NCBI GenBank assembly: GCA_039096225.1
Contig: JBBPEB010000006.1
Span: 124,001 to 188,000, forward strand
From: Blastocystis sp. Blastoise
Taxonomy: Eukaryota > Protista > Bigyra: Opalinata
Reading direction: 5' to 3'
DNA: 64,000 bases
Position numbers and translations under genes: made by a program. Positions 17,345 through 29,300 of the stretch are shown one piece after another (position 1 is the stretch's first letter; each line of letters opens with the position of its first letter). The notes beneath the pieces were generated by a model. It searched no databases. It saw only the letters and a program-made list of their open reading frames with translations, and was not told where the DNA came from.

Positions 17345-20276
17345 ATTATTATTATTATTTATAAACTCCCTTTATGCTCTAGAAGGAGAGAAACAATCAT
17401 TATAGATTGTTTTCAGGTTCAATTCCTGACATGAAGTCTTATTTTTCTTTTTCTTTAATATTTTTTACATATTATATATATATATATATTTTCTCTTTTT
17501 TTAAACTTATTTTTATCTCTTTTAGATTATACCTTTTAAATTTTGACATTATATACATATATCTAACTGTTTATAGTTTTTTTAGACTTCCTCTTCTCAA
17601 CAACAGTCACAATGAGAACAAATCCATTTTAACTCAAACAACTAAGTCATCTCAAAACTGCTTGAATCAATTAATATAGACGTCTATGACATAATTTATC
17701 AATTTAAACTGATTTTCAACTCTCAAAAGTAAGCAAACCAAACACACATGTTGACTTTAAAACGTTAAACTCAGTATTAAAAGATAGTTTTTATAGAGTG
17801 GACATAAAACATTGATTTAAACAAAAAGGAGTGGAAATAATTCACTCTTGATACAACTTTACCATTTGACAAAACACTCATCCACAATATTTTTCAAAGT
17901 TCTTTTAGTAAAGTGTTTATATAGACATATAATGTATAAAATGAAAGTCAACTTCTTGAATCTCTTTGTTTAAGATAGTCTTTAAAACATTTTGACAAAT
18001 TGACAACCTTTAACTTGCTATTTAAAGTTAATATTTTAAGAATAAACTTGATTCAGACATGTAAACACAACTGTCATCACCATAACACTTTTAAAGACAC
18101 TTTACCATTTGGTCATACACTTTGATCAAAATATTTTCGTCCCTTCTTTTGACATAATATAGACTGTGTGGTCTAGTTATATGAAAGTGAGGCGGAATTT
18201 TGAATCTCGTCCTCTAAGTCACTCATTTTTACATCTTTGAAAATTAAGACCCTTAGAGTTGATTTTTTAAGTTAATTTTTCTACAGTGTTCCAAAAACGC
18301 GATTTTGCACAAACTGAAGTGAAAATATTTTTTCAATAACTCTCACAACCCTTCACACATCCACTCTTTAAAAATTATTTTCTTTGTACTTTTGATATGT
18401 TGTAGAGCTACTACAGCTGTACACTAATTAATATCTCTAAATTTTTTATTCATAGTCTAAGACTATGTTTTATACATTCTTTTAAATTTGACAACCTTAA
18501 ACTATTTATTTAAAGCTATTATTCATAAAATAGACTTAATACATGATTCTAAACACATATATAAACCCTTTTACTTTTTAAGACACATTTTGTCATTTGG
18601 TCATACACTTTGACCATCATAATTTTGACTCTCCTTTTAACATAGTATAGAGTTATAAGTCTAGTTTACTAAATAAAAGTCATTATATTGAATCTCTCAC
18701 TCTAAGACCACTTAATTCACATTTTTCAAAATTGTGACACTCAAACTCATTATTTTAGGACTTTGTTTTAACTATAGTAGTTTTATGACCTATTGATTAC
18801 TATGATACAATATTAGTCCATTATAAGAAGATCGAAGAAAATATCGATCACTCAAAAATCGTCCTCAGGAGCTCAAAATCGCTACACCTAGGTTTTTAGA
18901 CCTCCTGAATCAGAATATGATGTCAAAATAAGAATCTAAATTTGACCGTTAAGGCCTCACGTGTTCAATATGAAAAAGTATTAAAAAATAGATAAATATA
19001 AAGAATAAACACGGATAACGTATATTGTGGGATTGAGAAAAAATCAAGTTTACCCCATGTTTATTTTCCAATTGTCTGGTCAACAATTTTTATCGGGATG
19101 ATCCCAAAGAGCCAATCAAAAACGACTCAAAAATCATGTTTTCTGTTCTTTTATTAATAACTTTTTAATTATTAATAATATCGCTTAACAAAGTAGACGG
19201 TGCAAAACTACACGTTATATCCTATTGAACTGTGTTTCAACCAAAAGTTAACTCCCCGTAAGTTTAGAGGAGAGGTGTACACAAACTATAGTATATAGTA
19301 GCCAATCAAATGCATTTTCTAAAAACTGACCAATGGGAATTTTTTTGCCTATTTGCTTTATAATAGTAATGATATACTATCTATATACTATCTATATACT
19401 ATCTATATATTATCTATATACTATCTATATATTACCTATATACTATCTATATACTATCTATATACTATCTATATACTATCTATATACTATCTATCTACTA
19501 TCTATATACTATCTATATACTATCTATATACTATCTATATACTATCTATATAATATCTATATACTATCTATATTCTATCTATCTACTATCTATATACTAT
19601 CTATATGTATACTATATACTATCTATATATTATCTATATATTATCTATATACTATCTATATACTATCTATATATTATCTATATACTATCTATACATTACC
19701 TATATTCTATCTATCTACTATCTATATACTATCTATATATTACCTATATACTATCTATATATTATCTATATAATATCTATATAATATCTATATACTATCT
19801 ATAATATCTATATAATATCTATATACTATCTATAGTCTATATATATACTATCTATATACTATCTATATTCTATCTATATACTATCTATATTCTATCTATA
19901 TACTATCTATATATTACCTATATACTATCTATATACTATCTATATACTATCTATATACTATCTATATACTATCTATATATTATAATTCTTAATAGTATTC
20001 TATTTCTATAAATAAATAAATCAATATATATTCTTATTATAATTATTAAAAAAAAATTATATGATATATACTTTATATAGGTTGATTCCATCTACTATAC
20101 TTGATGAAATACCAAAAGTTCAAATATTGAAGCCATCTTATGCAATGAAGAAAAGAGGGAAACCAGTTGTAAATAGAAGAAAGAGAAAGGCTGAGATCAA
20201 CATGGAGAAGAAGAGAAAGAGAATCCCTTATGTGAAGAGAAGTATCCCATTTGAAGACAGAATCGATCTGTTATAA
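9661..20276 (+). CDS. MULE/MuDR-family DDE transposase with SWIM zinc finger; exons 9661-9999, 10125-11313, 11491-12346, 20081-20276 (2580 nt, 859 aa)
   Basis: N-terminal MuDR/FAR1-type Zn ribbon (F.SREE...YKCPIMEC...HQH). Catalytic motifs VIFLDGTF, TIVSDQAKGI...CFFH and VAESYN. SWIM finger CECKEYQNKHTPCKH. C-terminal KRGKP basic tail. All three introns are GT-AG with matching phases and the spliced frame has no stops. Confidence 0.9.
12360..12930. repeat. (CTATATATACTAT)-type degenerate microsatellite, left half of transposase intron 3
   Basis: The same repeat resumes at 19373-19980, on the far side of the Helitron. Confidence 0.85.
12941..12977 (-). terminator. Helitron 3' subterminal GC-rich hairpin
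   Basis: GCCGCGGTCCGGTGCCGTTAGGCCCCGGACCTGCGGC (minus strand), 6 nt before the terminal CTAG. Confidence 0.85.
13147..13214 (+). ncRNA. tRNA-like cloverleaf element, copy 2
   Basis: TCTTATA|CTCT-ATATGG-AGAG|TAGCAATC-ATTTATT-GATTGTAA|TCAGG-TTCAATT-CCTGA|TATAAGA. Confidence 0.8.
13500..14300 (+). repeat. Degenerate ~244-bp tandem repeat array A
   Basis: (T)TGAATCTC-like motif at 13739, 13983 and 14226. TTTAC(C)ATTT motif at ~13640 and ~13885. Confidence 0.65.
14700..15875 (-). pseudogene. Array of symmetric phase-1 mini-exons (G-S-S...E/D/K-G repeats), partly decayed, inside the Helitron
   Basis: Exons 15875-15804, 15750-15688, 15636-15565, 15492-15430, 15382-15310, 15235-15188, 15133-15086, 15021-14968, 14910-14839, then one starting 14726. 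Lengths 72, 63, 72, 63, 73, 48, 48, 54, 72. All are AG|GT...G|GTAT. The first exon has two TAA codons and one exon is 3n+1. Confidence 0.7.
16311..17290 (+). pseudogene. Mini-exon cassette (16311-16394, 16542-16624) followed by a CT-rich terminal tract (~16838-17290)
   Basis: CTATAG|G...AG|GTATA boundaries and an in-frame stop. Same layout as 1952-6200. Confidence 0.45.
17370..17436 (+). ncRNA. tRNA-like cloverleaf element, copy 3
   Basis: CTTTATG|CTCT-AGAAGG-AGAG|AAACAATC-ATTATA-GATTGTTT|TCAGG-TTCAATT-CCTGA|CATGAAG. Confidence 0.8.
17700..18780 (+). repeat. Degenerate ~244-bp tandem repeat array B
   Basis: TTGAATCTC at 17957, 18200 and 18689. CATTTGGTCATACACTTTG at ~18106 and ~18594, also present in array A. 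Confidence 0.7.
19373..19980. repeat. (CTATATATACTAT)-type microsatellite, right half of transposase intron 3
   Basis: Continuation of the repeat that ends at 12930. Confidence 0.85.
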
Positions 20277-22049
20277 TTATATTATACTAAATAATCATCA
20301 TATATAATTATATCTTTATTTATTAATATACAATTTATTCTTTATATGATTAATATCCTTATTTATCTATCATCTATATATATACTAATATAAATAAATA
20401 TTTTATATCTATATACATATATATATATACATTATTCATATCTTCTTTTTATAATACTCATTGTTTTGTTTGTTTATACTGTATCAATATCATCTATATA
20501 TCTATAATCAATATAAATACAATTTAAATATAAAATAGTATATACAATATAGTTAAAAACAATATAAATACATAAGTATAATATATAATATATATTATAT
20601 ATACTCAAAATATATATTCATTTATATCATCATTAAGAAACATTGAATAATTAAAAGACATATATCAAAACTTCATTATGAGGCCTTTTCGAAGTAAAAC
20701 ACATTACATAATCACCTTTACACACACACAATTAAGGGAATCATTCTATAAAAATGTATTAGATTCAGAATAGTATTGATATATTTACATATATATAATA
20801 ATATACAATAGTATAATATAGATAATAATGAACTAAGATTAAGATAAGACAAGCGTTTCACGACTGGCTACGCCAGCCTACGCTTGAGTTTAGATAATTA
20901 TTATCTCTCAATTGTTATATCTTACATTGAATTTTAAAAAATGAATATTTATTCTTATGTTTTTGTTATTCATTTCTGTTTTTATTTTTTTTTAGGATTA
21001 AAACTATTTCATATTTTATAAAATATTATTTCAATTGCTTTTAATTGTTATCTTCTAATCTTAATTTTCAATTTAGTATTTTAAATAATTTAATTCATAC
21101 ATATTGATAATTCTTACTTAACATTCTATATGTTTTTGAGTATTATTTCCTTTTTTTTTTAATATTCTTTTTAGCCATTTTTATTATTGATTATATATAT
21201 TTATTGTTTATCAATGATAATTAATTAACTCTTGTGTTTTATTTTTGATCTTATTTCTATTTCTATTTCTATTTCTATTTCTATTTCTATTTAGTTTTTA
21301 GTTTTCAATATTAATTCACTTTTCTTTGTTATTTCATTTATAACTTTCTATGTATTTTATCAATTCATTTAGTTTTATAAATATTTAGTATTTTAAATAA
21401 TATCAATATGATTATAAAATACTTTTTCTTTTAAAACATATTATTATCACTTATACCCTACCTTTAAATATTTATGTTTTATTTGAATTAGTCTATATAA
21501 TTATTATTGTGAGAAATAGCTTATTCTCTTGTCTAAAAAAATATTATATATTCTTTTTTATTCTTTTCATATATTGTTTTGTTTTATTTTTAAAATATTA
21601 TAATTTTGATATCTATTTGTTTTTTTATATTTTATCCTTTCCTTTTATATATACTATTATATAAATATTTTAGAAATTTTATTATACAGTTTTTCTCAAT
21701 TAATAAATGTTTAATTATATAAATAGTAATCATATCTTGATATTATTTGATAAATATTATAATTTTTCTTTTATTATACTTATTTTAGTTTGAATTATTA
21801 ATACAAAAGTACTCTTAATAATTAAAAGATATTTATTACTTTATATAATAAACAAAAAAATTAGAGTCTTATTTTAATATTTATCATTAATAGAATCTAT
21901 TCGTTTTAAGTAAAAGAGAATATTTATAGAGAAATTATCTTTTCATTATTTAAAATTAATTAATTCAAATTTAATTCAATTTTTATAGTGTTATCAAAAT
22001 CATTCTAGAAATAAGAAATAAAAACTAAAATATAAAACAAAAATTACAT

Positions 22050-23000
22050 TTCATTTCATAACTAAATAGATTTAAATACTTTGGAAACTTTACCTATTAT
22101 ACATACAATATAGCTTCTAAAACAAATAAGTTATCATAAAAAAACTCTAAAAGACTGAACGTTTTTAAATACATATACTCACTTTTATTTTAACTAATTT
22201 TATGCTAATATACACATGTATTGAATTTGTTATTTTAATTTGTAAAAAATAACTTGAATCTCTTTTGTTTAAAGTCACAATTACAAAAAAAATGAGTTCT
22301 TTTGAAAGACAAAAAACATTCTTTAAACAATAATAATTTTGTATTTAGTAACATAAAAACGTATTATACAGTTTTAGAAACAATTAAAATCTTTTTACCC
22401 ATTTTAACACTCCTATCAAACAGTCAACCATGTTTAATTAAACTAATTTTTAATATTTTATATTCTATAATAAGTCTATTTATTATTATTATAAAAAGTG
22501 ACTTGAATCTCTTGACTTAACTATTGTAATTCTAAAAAAATAATTTTTTGAACAACTTAAAATATTTATTTATTGTAGATTTTAATATGAAACACTCTAA
22601 AAACACTCAATATATACTTATTGTAACCATTTTAGAAAAATAGACTCATTTTAACATTTTGGTCAAACACACAACCACCTTTATTTCAAACAATTCTTTT
22701 ATTATTATAAACATTAAACGCTCTAATACTCATTTTTATAAAAAGTGTATTGAATCTCTTCACTTAAGACAGTCAAACAGACAATTCAAAATTATTTTAC
22801 CCTTTAAACTCATTATAAAGTGATAATATTTATAGAATTGCTTTGATATGTGGTTTAGGACATATTTAACTACTTTTTTCAAAATTATGAGTCAACATGT
22901 GCATATATATCATACACTCGTCTAACTTATTTTTGACTAATTTTTTGAGAAATGCAATACATATAAGGTCTAGTTTACAAATATATAAAAATTATTTGTC
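22050..23000 (+). repeat. Degenerate ~246-250-bp tandem repeat array C (same family as A and B)
   Basis: TTGAATCTC at ~22254, 22504 and 22750. CATTTTGGTCAAACAC at ~22656. Confidence 0.6.
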
Positions 23001-23049
23001 AAATATGAATTTGATTTGTCAACTTTCGGAAAATTTTTAGAAAAATGAT

Positions 23050-24200
23050 TTTTCAATTTTCAGTTTTTTAACATGTTATACTATTGACTCTACTGAACTC
23101 ATTTCTTAATTAATTTTAAATGTTAAAATTTATATCGTTAATATATATTATTCTCTATATATATTTGCTAAAATTATATTAAATAATTAAATATTGACTG
23201 AGAAATTAATGTTATAAAGTATACCCTTTTTTCAAAAATTAATTTTTTTATGTTTTGCATATAAATTTTTTTATCTCAAAAGTTATTTTATATTTTGATA
23301 ATATTTTTATAAATATATAAACTATAGGTTGTCTAGTTTATAAATAAGATTTATTTATTTTATTTAAATTAATATTGATGGAGAAATTGTCAAAATAAAC
23401 TATAGTATCCAAAATGCTTTCTTCTTTTTAAACGACTTATTTCACTAATTAAAGACAATTAAAAACAAATTTATTTATTTTAAGCTTATTTATGACATAT
23501 ACAACTCATAAAGACTCATAACTAACTTTTTAAGACAAACATTGTCAGTATCAGTTCAACATGTTGTCTTAACTTTTTCAAATAAGTGATATATAGTATC
23601 CATGAGTGGTTCTAAACACATATTAAACGTTTTAAGAGTTTATTGAGTTGACATTGTCTGGTGATCTGTTGTTAAAGTCTTTTAAAAACAAAGTAAAATT
23701 GTAAAATATGTTTATTTTGGTATGTAGTTTTTAAATATAAAGTCAAATGTCAAATAAAATTGTTAATGATGAAAATATAAACAAAAAACAAATGAAAACT
23801 TTTTAAGAAAATTTTTTGAAAGTCATTTTTTATTGAGTTCAACTATTGACTCTTGTCACCTGAGTTTTCAATTAATTAAAAAAATGAAAAATATGTATCT
23901 GCTATGACATGTCTAGTTTCTAAATATGTTTTAACTTTTTTATTTTATTAAGAATTGATTGAGAAATCACAATAACAAACTATACCCTTTTTTGAAAATT
24001 TTCATTTTTATGTTTTTCATATAAATGAATGTTTCTCAGTCAATATTAAATATTTAGATAAAATAAAAAATATGTATCTGCAATAGCTTATCTTAATTAT
24101 AATTATACTTTTATTTTTAAAAAATACCCAAAACTCAAGGAGAAAGACGAATAACAAACTATACTATCAAAACATCAAAATTTCTATTATCAAATATTTT
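23050..24200 (+). repeat. Diverged direct duplication with ~761-bp offset
   Basis: ACTATTGACTC at 23080/23842, TATACCCTTTTTT at ~23220/23981, AAACTATA.TATC at ~23397/24157. Confidence 0.6.
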
Positions 24201-26248
24201 CTTATTAAAACATATTATTAAAATATAAAACATATTTATGACGGATACAGAGTTAAATAAATACATTAAAGCTCAAATAAGTTTATAAAGAAGGAATGTG
24301 TCGGATATCAGTTTGACTTTTGTTGTTATTTAAAGGAATTATTGTGGTTTCAGAGTAGTTGAGGTCAGTATCATAACAACTGAAACCATTTTAGAGTTTA
24401 TAGTTAGTGATGTGTGTATTGATATGTTGTCAAGTTGTAAATATAAACAAATTTACCCGTCAAAACTATTTATAAGACTAACCCGTCAATAAAAGTCAAT
24501 TTTATAAAAATAAATATAGAGTATGTGAAGTGATATAGGAAAAATAAGAAAACAATAAAAAATGAAAAACGAAAAATAAGTGTTTTTATAATAATGAAAA
24601 ATATTGGATAAAATAAAAATAATCCAATAATTTTGGTTAAAATTTTGTGCGAAAATGGTTTTTTGCATTTTTTAGCCAGAAATTTAGAGTTTTCGAAAAA
24701 TTTCTTTAACAGTCATTTTCAGAATTGTGTTCCGTATTTTATGATGTTATTTTTATTTTATAAAAGTTAATAACAAAGTCAATAATAGTGAAAGTGTGTG
24801 AGACACCGTACGCTACATGAACTAAATTAAGGATATTAATACAAATTATATGATTATATATAAATACCTTTATTCCTCTATTATATTGATCATTTTGTAT
24901 TAGTAGCACAGTTTAATCATCATTGAAACAGAGAAAACCATCTTTCGAAGACCTTTTCTTTTGAAATCAATTGAAGATTACCATAAAGACTATCCTAAAG
25001 ACTACAACCAGTGTTTGAATAAGTGTTTCTAATCAGTTTAATGAAGGAAGGTTCAATCCAGAATAAGTAAAACACCCGCCACTTAATCATTGTCTTCAAC
25101 ATGCTTTGTTTTGATTTAATAAGTAAGTTGATTAGATTTCTACATTGAATCGCAATACAAACTTTGAAAATAAGTAAGTCTATACTTTAATCCATTGGCA
25201 ATGGTGACTTTGACCTACTCTAATACACTTATAATAGCTTTATAAATGCTTATACATGCTTCAAACATGCAAATAACAAAATATTTATATTTTTATACCA
25301 TTTCCCTAACTTTACTTAAAAAAACATTAGTAAATTTTGATTAAATGTTATTTATCTATTCAAAATACCTTTATTAATTATTATTAATTATTTGTTACTT
25401 ATTTACTGCTCTCTAAGCTATGTATTGATCGTTACGCTACTTTTTATATCAAAACTAGGTGGTTTAATGGATTGATGTTATGTTCATATTTGATTTTATG
25501 GTAAATTATGTTATGAATGGTATTCTTAGCTCAAATAATCTTCACACAGATGATAGATGTTCTATATTATGAAGGTGATATTTTTGTCAATTATCTTATT
25601 TTATGAAATTACAAGCTTTATCTGTTGATCAACTGATCAGTAATACTGAATGAAGCTCAAAAATATGTAGTAATTTCTTTTTAGGCATGTAATTAGTAGT
25701 TTTTAAAATTCGTCGTAAGAGAAGAGGCTAATTCTATTAATTTTTGAAGTTATGAGTAGCAAAACCTATTTGAATGTTATACAGTGAACGATTAGAATCC
25801 TATTTTGAAGTTGATTGTGATGATCAGTATTACAGACCTTATAAGAGCAATAGAAACTAAATCACAAAGGTTAAAATTGGATATAAATATGTTTTAGATT
25901 TGAATTAACTACCTTAATTCATTTTAAGTTAATAAAATGAAATGCATTTACAGTTGATTCACTTTAAGAAGTCTATTCAGAATCTTAATGTTTTATTGAT
26001 GCTTAGAATTGTATATAATGAGGAATCAATGAAATATAGTTTATATAGAAAATAATTGATGCATCTAATTAGCAATGTGTTGTGTGTTGGGAAAGATTAA
26101 ATAAAAACATTATAGGAGAGCGACTGACCATATACATAGTTGATTAAATATCTCAAAGTACTATATATCTGTATAATGGAAGAGTAAACGAATATAATAT
26201 ATATAAATAAAAATATTTAAAAATATTTAAAAAAATAACAATAAATGA

Positions 26249-26316
26249 CATTAGATCAGGAATTGAACCTGATAGCAATCCAATAATAATTGCTACTGAC
26301 CATAAACAGTCTAAGG
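26249..26316 (-). ncRNA. tRNA-like cloverleaf element, copy 4
   Basis: Minus strand CCTTAGA|CTGT-TTATGG-TCAG|TAGCAATT-ATTATTG-GATTGCTA|TCAGG-TTCAATT-CCTGA|TCTAATG. Confidence 0.75.
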
Positions 26317-26399
26317 AGTGTTAAAACTATTGATATAATCAATAAAAGCAAAATCTTAAAGAAAAACATATAAACAATATATAAATTTTTATGTATATA

Positions 26400-29300
26400 A
26401 GTATAATAATATTCGTATTATTATTATACCTATATTGTTAATGAATATCCATAATGATTTCTTATATTTGTAGAACAAGTGGAATAAACACTAAATAAAT
26501 AAATCTTTTATAATGAAATAAATGGAAAATATATATAGTCGTATAAATAGTATAAAAGATGTAGACAATAAAGATTATAAATAATTTATATAGAATAATA
26601 AAAGCGTATAAAGATATAAATAAAGGACAGAGAGAATAAATAAGCATTAATATAAGTATATATTAGATATAATGAATAAAATAATAAAATATAATTGTAT
26701 AAAAATTATATATGTATAGATCTATATACATATTTTAATTGTAGATGTTTTCTAATAAATGAAGACTATATATACTGTGTATATAATATAAAAAGATAAT
26801 AAGTTACAAATAGTTAAAAATGATGGACTATAGAGAATATTGAAGATAATATACATATAGATATGATATATATTAGTATATATAAGTATATATATATTAA
26901 TATAAACTTATATACTAGTATATATATAAGTATATATACAAGTACATATTAACATATAATTATCTTTATATATAAGTATTTATATATATATACTTATATA
27001 TATATACTAAAAATCTTCTTATCAAGAGTAATATGGGATGATAAGGACATTAATCACAAACAGTTGAAAAAAAGATCAAGTACTGTATTCATGATTAGAA
27101 GCATATAAAAGCATATATATATATATGAATTCTCTATAAAAGATATATAATAGTATAAGAAGGAAAGGGATATAAAATATGAGTATACTAAAGAATTAAA
27201 TTTATATATATATACAGATAAGGAATGATAGATGCATATGATATACTAGAATTCAGAAGAGACTATATACTAAAACAACTATATATATATTATATTTAAT
27301 GAAATGATAATATAATTGTAGATTATAAATGAAATAGTTTTTATACAAACTAAATATATAAAATATCAAATAGTGTAGAAAACTATATATATATATTTAT
27401 ATACATAAAGAAATCTCATATGCATTAGTAGAAATATAATTTGCAGAAACCTATATAAAAGAATATACACGAATAGGATAAGTTATATATAAAACAATAG
27501 AATAAGTATATAATATATAATACTATTTACTCATAGAGCAACATAAACCTATATATATATATAATAAGTATAACGAATAATATAATGAAAATATAAAGTA
27601 TTATAGACTTCAACGAAACTTTTATGCCATTGAAACCAGGAAGATATATAAAAGGCTATCGACTTATTACTATATATATAGAATAGAATTAAATATATAT
27701 AAACATATATTACTTATAAAGTTATGAAATACAAAACAGTAAAAAAGATATCTATAAATATATTGTACTAAATCTAGAAACCAAAATGATTTATAAAGAA
27801 AAAGAACGAAGGAAATATATATCATATATATATCATATATATATCAGTAATTGTATATAATATAAAAAGAAGTCATATAAGAAACAAGAGTTAATAACGT
27901 ATAAAAATAGATTCGATGACTTAAAACAATATATATATATATAATAATAATTATTATTATTATATATATATATACTTTTATTTATTGAGTTATACAAGTC
28001 ATATATATCTATAAGTACGTTATCTTATTGATCTATATACATCTTACACAATATATGCATAATAGAGAAGGTTAATCAAGGATACGTATAACTATATATA
28101 TAATATATATAATAAGCATTATATATAATATATTTAATAAGTGTATTCTAAAATAAGTATATATACAGTCTTATATATAATAAGTATAATATACAATAAT
28201 AAGTATATGTATATAATAAGTATATGTATATAATAAACAAATTATATAATAAGAAAATAATATAATAAGCATATTTATAATGACTATATATATAATAAGC
28301 ATTAATAAACAATATAAATAATATTTATATACATGGCAAATATATAGACATATTTGTAAAAAACTATATATAGAGGAATGTAAACGAAGAAAAGCTGATA
28401 ATATCTATATAATAATATATATAATAATAACTATATAATAACTATATATAATAATAACTATATAATAATATATATAATAATAACTATATAAAATATATAT
28501 AATAATAACTATATAAAATATATATAATAATAACTATATAACAACAATATATAATAATAACTATATAACAACTATATATAATAATAACTATATAACAACT
28601 ATATATAATAATAACTATATAACAACTATATATAATAAATACATATAACAAATACATATATTAATATATAACAACTATATATAATAAATATATATAACAA
28701 CTATATATAATAACAACTATATATAATAAATCTAATAACAACTATATATAATAACAGCTATATATAATAACAACTATATATAATAATAAATATACATAAA
28801 AATATACATATAACAACTATATATAATAACAGTTATATATAATAACAGCTATATATAATAAATATATAATAACAACTATATATAATACAGCTATATATAA
28901 TAACAACTATATATAATAACAACTATATATAATAACAACTATATATAATAAATATATAATAACAGTTATACATAATAAATCTAATAACAACTATATATAA
29001 TAAATATATAATAACAACTTTATATAATAACAACTATATATAATAATAAATATATAATTATACAACGAATATACAAAACATATGTAATAATAACTATATA
29101 TATTAAATATATATATATCAACATATATATTTACATAAAAGCTATGTACATAACAAGTCTATAGTATAAATACCAATTATATACGATACTATATACTTCT
29201 AAGTATATACTCAACAACAAAACAGTAACACGATAAATAATATACCTATAAAAAATAAATATAGTATATATAAAACATAAAAATATGCATACATATATAT

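Larger units (their letters stand above)
12931..19372 (-). mobile_element. Non-autonomous Helitron (6,442 bp) nested in transposase intron 3
   Basis: Minus strand begins A|TCATTACTATTATAAAGC (19372) and ends with a GC hairpin + GTGACC + CTAG|T (12931). No TSD. The rejoined empty site ATTACCTA|TATACTAT matches the intron repeat unit seen intact at 19431-19446. No Rep/helicase ORF. Confidence 0.88.

Noticed and set aside
12613-19773. YYLYTIYILSI-repeat ORFs (12613-12960, 19333-19773)
   Set aside because: These are translations of intronic microsatellite.
9270-20900. A small MULE with TIRs close to the transposase
   Set aside because: No inverted repeat pair was found around the gene. The only TIR+TSD pair seen is 437/31243.
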